44,861 nucleotides of DNA from Candidatus Heimdallarchaeota archaeon (GCA_020348965.1 CP070760.1:1714187-1759047); one strand, 5' to 3'; positions 9,726 to 18,805 are shown, counted from the first letter of the stretch. The notes: a model not told the origin generated them from the sequence alone. Made by a program: numbers and translations.

Positions 9726-9971
9726 ATGCCAACAATGAGCGCAAAAATCCCCGAAGAACTGAAAAAAAGGGTTGAAAAATTATCTCATATAAATTGGAGC
9801 GAAGTGATGAGATTAGCAATTCTTAAACGAGTAGAAGAAGAAGAAAAACGAATTATGGACAGAAATCGAAAAATTATCGAACAATCAAGTCAGAAAATGG
9901 ATCAATTGCGGAGAAAAGCACAAGGAAATACCACTGAGGAGCTGAGAGCGTGGCGAGAGATCAGGCACTAG
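9726..9971 (+). CDS. vapB: Ribbon-helix-helix (CopG/VapB-type) antitoxin
   Basis: 81 aa. N-terminal RHH-like IPEELKKRVEKL...NWSEVMRLAILKRV. Its 3' end overlaps the PIN gene. Confidence 0.75.
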   Translation: MPTMSAKIPEELKKRVEKLSHINWSEVMRLAILKRVEEEEKRIMDRNRKIIEQSSQKMDQLRRKAQGNTTEELRAWREIRH

Positions 9972-10372
9972 TTGTGGACGCGTCCGTTGTACTTAAATGG
10001 TTTGTAGAGGAAACCGATACAGAAAAAGCACTTCAAGTACGAGATTACCTAAAAGAAGAAGCAATACCTATCGTTCCCGCCATATTTTTCTACGAAATCG
10101 CCAATGTGTTACGGTACAAAACAGAATTTGGCATTGAGGACATAAAAAATGTAGTGCAAACCCTAGAAGATTTTCAATTCAGAGTTGAGTTTTTTGAAAA
10201 AGATGTAGCTCACCCAACAATTGATTTAGCCTATCAGTACGGTATTACAATCTATGATGCTAGTTATATCGCTATAAGTAAGAAAAATCAGATTGATTTT
10301 ATGACTGCCGATGAGAAATTATACTCCAAATTAAGGGGGGAACGAGTAATTCTCCTTGAAGACTGGAAATAA
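9950..10372 (+). CDS. vapC: PIN-domain ribonuclease toxin (VapC)
   Basis: LVVDASVVLKW start, conserved acidic residues (D..E, IYDASYIAIS, TADEKL). Overlaps vapB by 22 nt. Alternative GTG start at 9974. Confidence 0.8.
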   Translation: MARDQALVVDASVVLKWFVEETDTEKALQVRDYLKEEAIPIVPAIFFYEIANVLRYKTEFGIEDIKNVVQTLEDFQFRVEFFEKDVAHPTIDLAYQYGITIYDASYIAISKKNQIDFMTADEKLYSKLRGERVILLEDWK

Positions 10373-10499
10373 TTGAACTATTGTAGATCAACCATAAAAA
10401 TGGGATTCGTGATTAGTAGGAGAATAAATGTAAAGAATACGATTGAATCATCAAGGTTTTAACACTAAATTTCATAATCAGTCCAGTCATGTGAATGCA

Positions 10500-11444
10500 A
10501 TGGAAATCGTAATATTTTTTTCTTTAGTTGCGAGTTTTGCGTTTTCGCTGGGAACTATTCTTTCAAAAGTAGCCCTTTCAGCAATTAAGAATCGTGATGT
10601 GGCGTTATTTTATCAATTGAGCGTCAACTTTCTTCTTATTTTAACCCTCTTTTTCGGGATACAATTAGTAGAGCCGTTTCCTTTCGGGGATCTTGGATTA
10701 AATGATTATTTTATCATGATTATCTCTGCAGTTTTGGTTTATATTGCCTTATTATTTAGTTACTTAGGCTTGGAACGTGGTAACGTATCCGTGGGGAAGG
10801 TTATATCCTCTACAAGAGTGGGTTTTAGCATAATTTTTGCTTATGTTTTACTAGCCGAAGTATATAGTCTTTATATATATCAATTAATCCTGGTTATGCT
10901 AGTTGGAGTCATTAGTGTTTCTTGGCACCAAGAATTAGAGCTTAAAGATTTCATTACCCTGAAAGGGGGCGGAATTATCTGGTTTATTATATCAGCTTTT
11001 TTTATGGCCTTATCGAACTATATGTTAAGTTCCTTACAAAATGCGATTGCCGTCCATGTTATCATGTTATTTAGATTAACTACTTTATTCTCGATTTCTT
11101 TAATTCATACTTCTTGGCTAAAGCTCTATACTAGACAGGATATGAATTTTAAGATAGATCGAAGAATTTTAGGATACATTGTCATTTATGTGATATGTTA
11201 TATTATTGGAGATTTTTTCCTGATTACTGCTTTTGGTATATCATTGACAATCTCCGAGGCAATTATGACTACTCAAGCGATCATCACATTCATTTTAATT
11301 TTAGGATTATCCCAGTTTGAATCCTTAAAAGAATTAATCGCAGAACCATTAGATCAAAAAACCCTACTAATCAGATTTATAGGCATAATAATTGCAGTAT
11401 TAGCTACTCTTAGTCTTATCAATTCATTAAATGGCTTCTTCTGA
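10500..11444 (+). CDS. Multi-pass membrane protein, DMT/EamA-like permease
   Basis: About 10 hydrophobic helices in two halves. ATG at 10500 begins directly with TM1; the ORF track extends to a TTG at 10443. Confidence 0.5.
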   Translation: MEIVIFFSLVASFAFSLGTILSKVALSAIKNRDVALFYQLSVNFLLILTLFFGIQLVEPFPFGDLGLNDYFIMIISAVLVYIALLFSYLGLERGNVSVGKVISSTRVGFSIIFAYVLLAEVYSLYIYQLILVMLVGVISVSWHQELELKDFITLKGGGIIWFIISAFFMALSNYMLSSLQNAIAVHVIMLFRLTTLFSISLIHTSWLKLYTRQDMNFKIDRRILGYIVIYVICYIIGDFFLITAFGISLTISEAIMTTQAIITFILILGLSQFESLKELIAEPLDQKTLLIRFIGIIIAVLATLSLINSLNGFF

Positions 11445-11459
11445 ATTCATCAGGTTAAT

Positions 11460-12329
11460 CTAGAGATTCTCCATTGAGAATTCTTCTGCCTTGCTCCACA
11501 TTTCTTGAAATTTCTGTGATAATTCAGTAGCGAATTTCCGTTGCCAGACGTAAATCGATGCAAAGTATTCCTGTAAGTTTGCTGGATTAACTATCTTCAT
11601 AACAACTTTTTCTTCGTCTATTATTACAAATGGAAGGGTTATTGTTTTGGTAAACTTAACTTGCATTTTATCAAAATCATACCGATGTAGGACAGGAAAA
11701 ATTAATTCAAGCATTTCCTGTAGTGTCCCTTCCTTATCTTTTGTACCTAATAGAATTTTTATTGTTACTCCTCTTTCCTGTAAATCAGCAAATATTTCGG
11801 CTTCTTCTCGGATTTCTTGAGCATGGTTATGGGGTCTAGTTTCAAAAAACTCTCCGTAATAAAGCATTTCATTCTGCGTTTCAATCAATCGAGCATTAAA
11901 TCTGTCAATTGTCTCTTTACCAATACCAATTTTCCAAAAAAGACTCTCACTCGGTGTTGTTCGATGATATTTCTTTAGCTCATCTTCAACGACCAAGGCG
12001 TTCTCAGTTAGTGCTTCCAGCTCCTCTCTCTTCCGTTCTAATAGATTTTTCATTGCGATACTAGGATCAACAGGAGAATAGAGCTTTGGTCGGGAATATT
12101 TCTGAATATCGATCAATCCTTTGTTTTCCAACGAACCTGTTACATCATAAATTCGTCCTGTGGGAACTTTTGAGTTTTCAGAGAGTTCCTTTGCATCACA
12201 CGCTCCTCGATGGAGTAGCGTCTTATAAGCTGCAAATTCATAGTTTGTTAGTCCATAACGCTCTAAGACATTCTCATTTTGAACGGAAGTCATTTTAATT
12301 ACCAAATAAACTGTTTTTAGTTTTTTCAT
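11460..12329 (-). CDS. TrmB-family transcriptional regulator
   Basis: N-terminal winged-helix YGLTNYEFAAYKTLLHRGACDAKELSENSKVPTGRIYDVTGSLENKGLI, a coiled linker, and a C-terminal TrmB-type domain. Alternative ATG at 12293. Confidence 0.8.
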   Translation of the reverse strand: MKKLKTVYLVIKMTSVQNENVLERYGLTNYEFAAYKTLLHRGACDAKELSENSKVPTGRIYDVTGSLENKGLIDIQKYSRPKLYSPVDPSIAMKNLLERKREELEALTENALVVEDELKKYHRTTPSESLFWKIGIGKETIDRFNARLIETQNEMLYYGEFFETRPHNHAQEIREEAEIFADLQERGVTIKILLGTKDKEGTLQEMLELIFPVLHRYDFDKMQVKFTKTITLPFVIIDEEKVVMKIVNPANLQEYFASIYVWQRKFATELSQKFQEMWSKAEEFSMENL

Positions 12330-12368
12330 TACTGAAAGGTATTTTAACTAATAAAACTTTACACTAGT

Positions 12369-12388
12369 TGAAAGTTTTAAACTTTTCG
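12369..12388. promoter_or_regulatory. Quasi-symmetric BRE-TATA-BRE element between divergent TrmB and SDR genes
   Basis: TGAAAG-TTTTAAAC-TTTTCG, i.e. purine-rich GAAAG/GAAAAG on each strand flanking one TATA-like box. It sits 34-53 nt from the SDR ATG (12422) and about 40-60 nt from the TrmB ATG (12329). Confidence 0.4.
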
Positions 12389-12421
12389 ATACTCTATAAA
12401 CAGACAAAACTGTGATCAAAA

Positions 12422-13423
12422 ATGGAAAAAAACGGGAAAAAAGTTCTTGTTACAGGTGCCACAGGACACCTGGGTTTCACATTAGTGAAAGAGTTGATAG
12501 CACGAAATTATAAAGTTCGAGCTGGTGTGAGAGACTCACGTAATACAGAGAGAAATGAGCACCTACTGGCTCTTGGAGTTGAAATAGTAGATGCCGATTT
12601 AATGAACCCAGAGACGCTCAAAAAGGCGGTTAAAGATGTTGCTGGGGTGTTTCAAGTTGCTGCAGTGTTTGCTCTCAATTCAAAAGATCCCCAAAAGGAT
12701 ATTATTGATCCTTCTGTGATAGGAGGATTGAATGTTCTCAAAGCAGCAAAAGAGGCAGGTGTAAAACGCATTGTATGGACTAGTAGTATGGCAGCAGTTG
12801 GAATGGGAACCACACCTGACAATCCCTTCACTGAGGATGATTGGTACCATCAGGCAAAAAACCCTTATTACTATGCTAAGTATAAAGCGGAATGGGAAGC
12901 TTGGAAGTATGCTGAATCAAATGATTTAGACCTGGTGACAATTAATCCAGGTTACATAATCGGACCGAATTTCTATAGACATACTCCTACAACTGAAATC
13001 TTTGAAGAAATTTTATTAAACAACCTTCCAATGATCCCTCCTATGCGATTTAATTTTGTGGATGTTAGAGATGTGGCATTAGCTCATATTTTGGCATACG
13101 AAAAGAAGGAAGCTAAAGGACGTTATATCTGTGCAACCAATGTTATAACCTTCAAAAAAGCCTTACAGTTACTTCATGAACTTTATTCCGAAATAAAAGT
13201 ACCTAGGTTTCAAATGTCTCCATTCTTCATGAAAATGTTTGCGATTTTTTCCAGGCAAGTTACTCGCGAAGAAGCAAGAATCAGTGTAGAAACCTGTATT
13301 TATACAGACACTTCAAAAATCCAGAGAGAACTTGGGTGGAAACCAAGACCTATCGAAAAATCATTTGAAGAGACAATTCAATGGATCAGAAACAACGGGT
13401 TTGTGAGAAATGACAGAAATTAA
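12422..13423 (+). CDS. NAD(P)-dependent SDR-family reductase (epimerase/dehydratase; cinnamoyl-CoA/dihydroflavonol reductase-like)
   Basis: Rossmann motif VLVTGATGHLG and catalytic YxxxK (YAKYK). About 333 aa, the extended-SDR architecture. Confidence 0.85.
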   Translation: MEKNGKKVLVTGATGHLGFTLVKELIARNYKVRAGVRDSRNTERNEHLLALGVEIVDADLMNPETLKKAVKDVAGVFQVAAVFALNSKDPQKDIIDPSVIGGLNVLKAAKEAGVKRIVWTSSMAAVGMGTTPDNPFTEDDWYHQAKNPYYYAKYKAEWEAWKYAESNDLDLVTINPGYIIGPNFYRHTPTTEIFEEILLNNLPMIPPMRFNFVDVRDVALAHILAYEKKEAKGRYICATNVITFKKALQLLHELYSEIKVPRFQMSPFFMKMFAIFSRQVTREEARISVETCIYTDTSKIQRELGWKPRPIEKSFEETIQWIRNNGFVRNDRN

Positions 13424-14141
13424 GAGCAGATTGATGTCAAAAATGAATCTACAAGATTGTGCACAAAATTGGAGTAAACACAGTGCGACAAGAGTGGTCG
13501 CGTCCACATTAGGCGTTCTTGTTGGACTGGCTGGCATAGAACATGGTATTTTAGAAGCACTTCAAGGGAATGTAACTCCAGATGGCATATGGATTGATGC
13601 AATTGGCCCTGGACAAAGATTTTGGGAGAATGCGACAGAGACGGCCATCACAATCATTCCTAACTATTTCTGGACGGGTATCCTAGCTATTGTGATCGGT
13701 CTGATAGTAACAATATGGGCAACGGTGTTCATTGAACGGAAATACGGTGCTCGGATTCTGTTTCTCCTTTCAATCATCCTTTGGTTAGTTGGAGGTGGTT
13801 TTGCACCAATATTCTTTAGTATTTTTGCTACACTTACTGCTACCAGAATTAACAATCCCTCGAAGGGGTGGGACACACATTTCCCGATACGAATACAGAT
13901 TCTCCTTTTTAAGTTGTGGCCGTGGACTGTCCTTGCCCTCGTACTGACTTTCTGGATTGGTGTAGAAATCGCAATTTTTGGGTACCCCCTGTTGTGGCTC
14001 TTTAATGCAGATCTTACATATGGAATTCAATGGATTCTGGGTTTCACAACGCTCGGTTTAATGCTGGTGTCTATCCTTTCTGCCCTTACATATGACATCC
14101 AACATCAACCCGATTCCCAGCAGATACTAGCAAGTTCGTAG
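13410..14141 (+). CDS. Hypothetical integral membrane protein
   Basis: 5-6 hydrophobic helices. The ATG overlaps the SDR stop by 14 nt, suggesting translational coupling. Confidence 0.6.
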   Translation: MTEIKSRLMSKMNLQDCAQNWSKHSATRVVASTLGVLVGLAGIEHGILEALQGNVTPDGIWIDAIGPGQRFWENATETAITIIPNYFWTGILAIVIGLIVTIWATVFIERKYGARILFLLSIILWLVGGGFAPIFFSIFATLTATRINNPSKGWDTHFPIRIQILLFKLWPWTVLALVLTFWIGVEIAIFGYPLLWLFNADLTYGIQWILGFTTLGLMLVSILSALTYDIQHQPDSQQILASS

Positions 14142-14331
14142 ACACTACCTATTCTTGTACAGAGGAGGGAAATTTTTGTGTCTTAAACTGTTTTACTCTT
14201 ACAATGCCTTGTTTTGAGCTTCTAATTCTAGATTTCGTCTGAATTATCTTCAAGAACAATTCTTTTTAGAACACTCCTGTTTTTTCGATAAATCAATAAA
14301 ATCCTTCAATAATAATGGAGTTGAAAAAATT

Positions 14332-15366
14332 ATGGCTGTAAAAGTTGGAATCAATGGATTTGGACGTATTGGTCGTCTTGTTTTGCGCGCATTATTTCAA
14401 ATGCAAAAAGAAGCTAATTATAAGGTCGATATCGTCGCAATTAACGATATCGCGGATAATGAGCCCCTTTCTCATATGTTTGAGTTTGATTCTGTTCATG
14501 GACGCTTTAATGGGACAGTCGAAGTAGAAGGCCAAAATGCGCTCATTCTCGATGGGGATTACTTCAAAACATACAAAGAAAGAGATCCTACCCAGATCCC
14601 ATGGAAGGAACTGGAGGCAGATATAGTTCTTGAAAGTACTGGGAAATTCCGATCAAAAGACGGTATGCAAAAACACATAACCGCTGGTGCAAGGAAAGTA
14701 CTCCTATCTGCGCCCGCAAAACCAATTAGAGATGCTGATATTACACTAGTTCGTGGGGTAAACAACCACGATTACGATCCGAATAAGCATGCTCTCATCA
14801 GTAATGCATCATGCACAACAAATTGTTTGGCCCCCGTTGTGAAAGTCCTTGATGATAACTTTGGTTTTGAGCAAGGAATTATGACAACGATTCACTCCTA
14901 TACCAACAACCAAAGATTGCTTGACTCCATCCACAAAGACTATCGAAGGATGCGGGCTGCAGCTGTCAATCACTTTCCTACGACCACAGGGGCTTCTGAG
15001 GCCACTGGTGAAGTTCTGCCTCATTTGAAAGGTAAGATTGACGGACTAGCAGTAAGAGTCCCTACTCCGAATGTTTCGATTGTCGATCTGACCGCTCGCC
15101 TCCGACAAAGTGTGGTTGTAGATAAAATCGAAACTGCTTTTAGAGATGCCGCGAAGGGTGATTTGAAAGGAATTCTGGATGTTGAATGGAGGAGCTTAGT
15201 AAGTACAGACTACAATGGTAACTCACATTCCGCAATAGTGGATTTACCTTTCCTTCACGTAGTAGATGCTAATATGTGCAAGGTTTTAGCATGGTACGAT
15301 AATGAATGGGGTTATGCAATGCGCTGTGCTGAGATGATCCACGAAATCTACGAAAAAGGAATTTAA
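14332..15366 (+). CDS. gap: Glyceraldehyde-3-phosphate dehydrogenase, class I (bacterial/eukaryal type)
   Basis: INGFGRIGR NAD-binding motif, catalytic SNASCTTNCLAP, WYDNEWGYA near the C-terminus. GGAG lies 11 nt upstream of the ATG. Confidence 0.93.
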   Translation: MAVKVGINGFGRIGRLVLRALFQMQKEANYKVDIVAINDIADNEPLSHMFEFDSVHGRFNGTVEVEGQNALILDGDYFKTYKERDPTQIPWKELEADIVLESTGKFRSKDGMQKHITAGARKVLLSAPAKPIRDADITLVRGVNNHDYDPNKHALISNASCTTNCLAPVVKVLDDNFGFEQGIMTTIHSYTNNQRLLDSIHKDYRRMRAAAVNHFPTTTGASEATGEVLPHLKGKIDGLAVRVPTPNVSIVDLTARLRQSVVVDKIETAFRDAAKGDLKGILDVEWRSLVSTDYNGNSHSAIVDLPFLHVVDANMCKVLAWYDNEWGYAMRCAEMIHEIYEKGI

Positions 15367-15436
15367 TTGTGACGTAAAGCATTTAAAACCGAATCGTAAA
15401 AATATTAAAAATATCAATAATGAATTGGAAGTAATA

Positions 15437-17035
15437 ATGGTCCATAAGATAAGAGAGAATCTAGATAGAGCAGAGAAGTTACTTAGATGGGGGAAAGTTC
15501 ACGAGGCACAAGAATTAGTTGATACTCTCAGTAAGATGGAAGGAATAACTCCAGATATTATACTATCATCTAAATTGATTAGAGGAAAAATTTCTGTTAA
15601 ACAAGGCCGATTCCAGGACACACAAGAGCTTGCTGAAGAAGTGTTGAAGGAGTGTTCTCATGATAGAAAAACATACTATTCGGTAGATGCTTTGGTACTT
15701 CTCGCAGAGGCCTCTTGGCGTACTGGGAGATTAGATGAGGGATTAACTTATATAAGAGAGGGAGAAGAAATATTGAATGAAATCGGAGGAGAGAAAAAGA
15801 GAGAAACTCAACAAAGAAAAGGAGAATTATTATATCAAAAAGGAATAATTTCTTCTAGAAAAGGACAATTGGATGAAGCCTTAGAATTTCTTACAGAAAG
15901 CTTATCATTTAGAAAAAAGATAGGTAATAATCCTTACGGAGTAGGAGAAGCCCTAAATTCTATTGGGGTCACCTACTTTTATATGGGGTTACTGGAAAAA
16001 GCTTTGAAGGTGTATTTGGCAAGTTTGGAAATTAAAAAAAATCTGGGAAATATCCAACAACTAGCCATAGCCTATAATAATATTGGAGATCTATTTTTTG
16101 TTCAAGGTGAGCTAAAATCCGCAGAAATATACTATCAAAGGAGCCTTAAGCTTTTTCAGGACACAGGGAACAAAGAACACATCTCTAATGCGATCCATAA
16201 TGTTGGAAAATTGTATCATCATCAAGGTGAATTTGATCAAGCTTTGGGACATCTGGAAAAGGCTTTATCAATAGCTGAAGAACTAGGCAATAATATTTCC
16301 ATTTCAGAGAATTTATATCACTTAATCCATGTGGCTCTTGATAAAAACGATCCAGATCTCTCACAGAAGTACTTTCAGTACCTCCAACAAATTGTTGACA
16401 CTATAGATAACCCAATAGTACAACAACGGTTCCAAGTGGCAGAAGCTTTGATATTAAAGTCAAAAGAACGAATCCGTAGTAAAATGAAGGCATTAGAATT
16501 ACTCGGGGATATTATTAGAGGTGAACGAGTAAATCACGAATTAACAATCGCTGCAATGCTCCATTCATGTGATTTACTTCTATTTGAGCTTAGAATCTAT
16601 GGAGAGGACGAAATCCTTCTTGAAGTTAAAGAGATTGCAAAGCAACTTCTAGAAATTGCAAGTGAACAGGCACAACATTCATTACTTGCGGAAACATACT
16701 TACTACAATCGCGCTTATCCATGATTGAATTAGATATTGAGAACGCCCAGGAATTACTTTCTAAAGCATATTCCATCGCTGAAAAGAGAGGGTTAAGCAA
16801 ATTAGCTAATACCATTGCTCATGAAAAGGATTTACTTCCCAAATGGGAAAAAATAATAGATCAACACCCTGATATGAAAGATACGACAGAGTTGACACAG
16901 GTTGATGATCTTGTTCAGCGAATGATCCATAAAAAAGTACCAAAGAGCGAACGGGAAATTAAAAATTACGTTCTCGAAGCTAAGGAGCTATTAGAAGCGT
17001 GGCAGAAAGGGCGAGATCAAAAACGCGCATTTTGA
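15437..17035 (+). CDS. TPR-repeat protein (paralog of 38932-40548)
   Basis: Six or more 40-aa TPR-like units (..A...Y..SL.I...LGN......A..NIG..Y...G....A). Collinear with the second TPR protein, including the C-terminal helical region. ATG at 15437; the ORF track uses TTG at 15425. Confidence 0.8.
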   Translation: MVHKIRENLDRAEKLLRWGKVHEAQELVDTLSKMEGITPDIILSSKLIRGKISVKQGRFQDTQELAEEVLKECSHDRKTYYSVDALVLLAEASWRTGRLDEGLTYIREGEEILNEIGGEKKRETQQRKGELLYQKGIISSRKGQLDEALEFLTESLSFRKKIGNNPYGVGEALNSIGVTYFYMGLLEKALKVYLASLEIKKNLGNIQQLAIAYNNIGDLFFVQGELKSAEIYYQRSLKLFQDTGNKEHISNAIHNVGKLYHHQGEFDQALGHLEKALSIAEELGNNISISENLYHLIHVALDKNDPDLSQKYFQYLQQIVDTIDNPIVQQRFQVAEALILKSKERIRSKMKALELLGDIIRGERVNHELTIAAMLHSCDLLLFELRIYGEDEILLEVKEIAKQLLEIASEQAQHSLLAETYLLQSRLSMIELDIENAQELLSKAYSIAEKRGLSKLANTIAHEKDLLPKWEKIIDQHPDMKDTTELTQVDDLVQRMIHKKVPKSEREIKNYVLEAKELLEAWQKGRDQKRAF

Positions 17036-17042
17036 TGTTTTG

Positions 17043-17675
17043 TTAGATAGTTCTTTTCATAACATTCCAGAGTTTTACAGCAACCGTTAAGCTGACTATT
17101 ACGACTGCAAGTAGCAGAATAGCCAAGATAAGTGCCTGTTCTGAGATAAATCTTAACAGAGCCCAGGGGAGGGTGAGAAAACAAAAAATCAGACTGATGA
17201 GGAGGGAATACATCCCCCTCTCCAGCCAAATAAGCACTTCCTCTTCTGTGTCTCTCTTAGATTTGTACATTGTCATCTGAATCATTCCTACACGCAGGAA
17301 ACACGCATAAGAGACCAAACTAAGTAAAAACAGACTGATGAAAATAAAGAGCATGTATTCAAAATGAGTCGGCCACCAATCACTCAGATTCAAGATCAAT
17401 AAGATATCTTTAATCAGGTCACCTAGAAACGCAATTTCAGCAAGGAGAGGTTCATCTAAGAATTTGAAAACATCAGTCCCCGTTGCTCTGATATTGATAA
17501 TGAAGGCACAGGTTGCCATGTAAAATCCTGCAAGGATAGCGCTTGCTGTTGAGAAATGTCCAGCAAAATCCATGACAGATTCTTTCACGGCAGCCCTACT
17601 TTGGTCTCTTGCCACTTCATCCTTTGTTCTCCTTTTATTAGTGTTCAACTCTTGATCATTAGTTATTTTGCTCAT
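17043..17675 (-). CDS. Hypothetical 4-TM membrane protein
   Basis: Charged N-terminus followed by four hydrophobic helices. ATG at 17675; the track uses TTG at 17681. Confidence 0.55.
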   Translation of the reverse strand: MSKITNDQELNTNKRRTKDEVARDQSRAAVKESVMDFAGHFSTASAILAGFYMATCAFIINIRATGTDVFKFLDEPLLAEIAFLGDLIKDILLILNLSDWWPTHFEYMLFIFISLFLLSLVSYACFLRVGMIQMTMYKSKRDTEEEVLIWLERGMYSLLISLIFCFLTLPWALLRFISEQALILAILLLAVVIVSLTVAVKLWNVMKRTI

Positions 17676-17716
17676 CTCCAAGATAAGAAATGAATCATCC
17701 GCCAGATGCTAGATTC

Positions 17717-17730
17717 TAAAAAATATAAAA
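17717..17730 (-). promoter_or_regulatory. TATA-like box for the 4-TM protein gene
   Basis: The minus strand reads TTTTATATTTTTTA, about 45 nt upstream of the ATG at 17675. Confidence 0.3.
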
Positions 17731-17774
17731 CTATCTTCTAGTTTGTTCTCTTGTGATTTCCAATGATGAAAAGA

Positions 17775-17972
17775 TTTTGGGTTCAGGTAAGATTGTTTTA
17801 TCGTGGGGGATTTGGTTTCCCAAGCTCCCGTTACTTGGAGTACGTGGGATGTCATCCGAATTCTCACGCTGCACGACAAGCTGCACGAGTGTGGGCTGTC
17901 CATCGTTCAGGGGTTCCTCCATACCGGGTCAAGAATGCAAATACCAGAGTTCTTAGGTGGCAACCTGGCTGT
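17775..17972 (-). ncRNA. Candidate structured non-coding RNA of unassigned family
   Basis: 17801-17970 is 92/170 = 54% G+C (hand count) between AT-rich flanks. Minus-strand hairpins include a GAAA tetraloop (17829-17807) and a 9-bp stem with two G.U pairs (17889-17863). A U-rich tract follows at 17774-17766. Only short overlapping ORFs on both strands. Confidence 0.45.
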
Positions 17973-17986
17973 TAAGATAAACGAAG

Positions 17987-18517
17987 GTGAAATTATTGCC
18001 TAAAAAGACTGAAGAAATAACAGATGAGCAAATTGAAGAATTTGACATAATTCTAAAAAAGAATAAACTGGAAGAGTTTTTACGAGGTAAAGGACTACCT
18101 TATAAAGAAGTAGAGACAAATGGGGAATATTCTGTGGTAGTTCCCTGTGAAATTGCCGACAAAGTTTTCAAGATCATACTCCAATTTGATGAAAACTGGT
18201 TGATGCTTACAGCTAAGATCATAGATCCAGTTGAATTTGCAGATAAAGCAGAAGAACTGCAGTTCTACAGACGATTGCTTCGCGAGATTCATGATTTGCC
18301 CGAAATAAATTATTCGATATCAGAGGACGGGGCGGTGTATTCGAGTGCTGACATGGATTTCGAGATCACTGATTACAGTGTGTTTTACTCAGAATTTTTT
18401 GGCATTGAGTATGCCATCAATAATTTCGTCGAACGTATTGCTCCCGACTTCAATCTAACCGTTGAAGGTTTTGCTGAAGACCCCGATGTCAAGGATTTAG
18501 CCCAAGAATCTGAATAA
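17987..18517 (+). CDS. Hypothetical acidic cytoplasmic protein (possibly YbjN/chaperone-like fold)
   Basis: 176-aa ORF. AAGGTGA overlaps the GTG start, and an alternative TTG lies at 17996. Very acidic and non-repetitive, with no motif I can name confidently. Confidence 0.5.
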   Translation: MKLLPKKTEEITDEQIEEFDIILKKNKLEEFLRGKGLPYKEVETNGEYSVVVPCEIADKVFKIILQFDENWLMLTAKIIDPVEFADKAEELQFYRRLLREIHDLPEINYSISEDGAVYSSADMDFEITDYSVFYSEFFGIEYAINNFVERIAPDFNLTVEGFAEDPDVKDLAQESE

Positions 18518-18604
18518 CTTAATTTTCTCGGATATTTAGTCGTAACCAAAACCCCAGAAAAAATAGGAACCCCGCCCCGAGGGAGAAGCAGATCCCAATT
18601 CCTA

Positions 18605-18805
18605 TTAGATAAATTTGTGATTAGCTTCCATAGAAACGATGACACTCGTCGAATCACTACTCTCCTCGGAAAAGTGGATTTCATATCCCTCTAATGACAT
18701 ATCAAAATGGATCAATCCATGGACTCCAACTTTCATGGAGCCAATCCCTATAACTACTAGTATGGTTCCTACGATCTTCCTTTGTGTACCAGTCAATTTG
18801 ACCAT
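18605..18805 (-). CDS. Small hypothetical single-TM protein
   Basis: 66 aa. GAGGT lies 3 nt upstream of the ATG, and the gene starts 40 nt after the stop of the upstream coiled-coil gene. One hydrophobic helix (IVGTILVVIGIGSM). Confidence 0.4.
   Translation of the reverse strand: MVKLTGTQRKIVGTILVVIGIGSMKVGVHGLIHFDMSLEGYEIHFSEESSDSTSVIVSMEANHKFI

Noticed and set aside
17940-17972. Minus-strand CCAGGUUGCCACCUAAGAA resembles human 7SL RNA CCAGGUUGCCUAAGGA, suggesting SRP RNA
   Set aside because: Here the segment forms a local AGGU/ACCU hairpin. The island is only about 170-200 nt. I find no helix-8 GNAR plus AGCA motifs and no Alu-domain features, so the match is probably chance similarity.
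17800-17972. Possible TPP riboswitch (ACCCCUGAACGAUGG, GUGAGA), hammerhead (GGAUGA...GAAA), C/D box or RNase P (GGAGGAAC) identities for the GC island
   Set aside because: The motif order is wrong for TPP. The hammerhead core needs CUGAUGA, and this reads CGGAUGA. CUGA and GAUGA are in the wrong order and spacing for C/D. There is no GAGGAAAGUCC/ACAGAA P4 pair.
17709-18003. Six overlapping 60-70 aa ORFs on both strands (17709-17903, 17731-17922, 17753-17956, 17763-17975, 17803-18003)
   Set aside because: They are mutually exclusive, with no RBS or family resemblance. They coincide exactly with the 54% G+C island, so they are better explained as stop-poor structured RNA.
18558-18604. GC-rich patch GGAACCCCGCCCCGAGGGAG followed (minus strand) by UAUUUUUU, a possible terminator for the small-TM gene
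   Set aside because: I could only draw 3-4 bp stems, so the hairpin is too weak to call. The U-run alone may suffice in archaea, but that is not demonstrable here.
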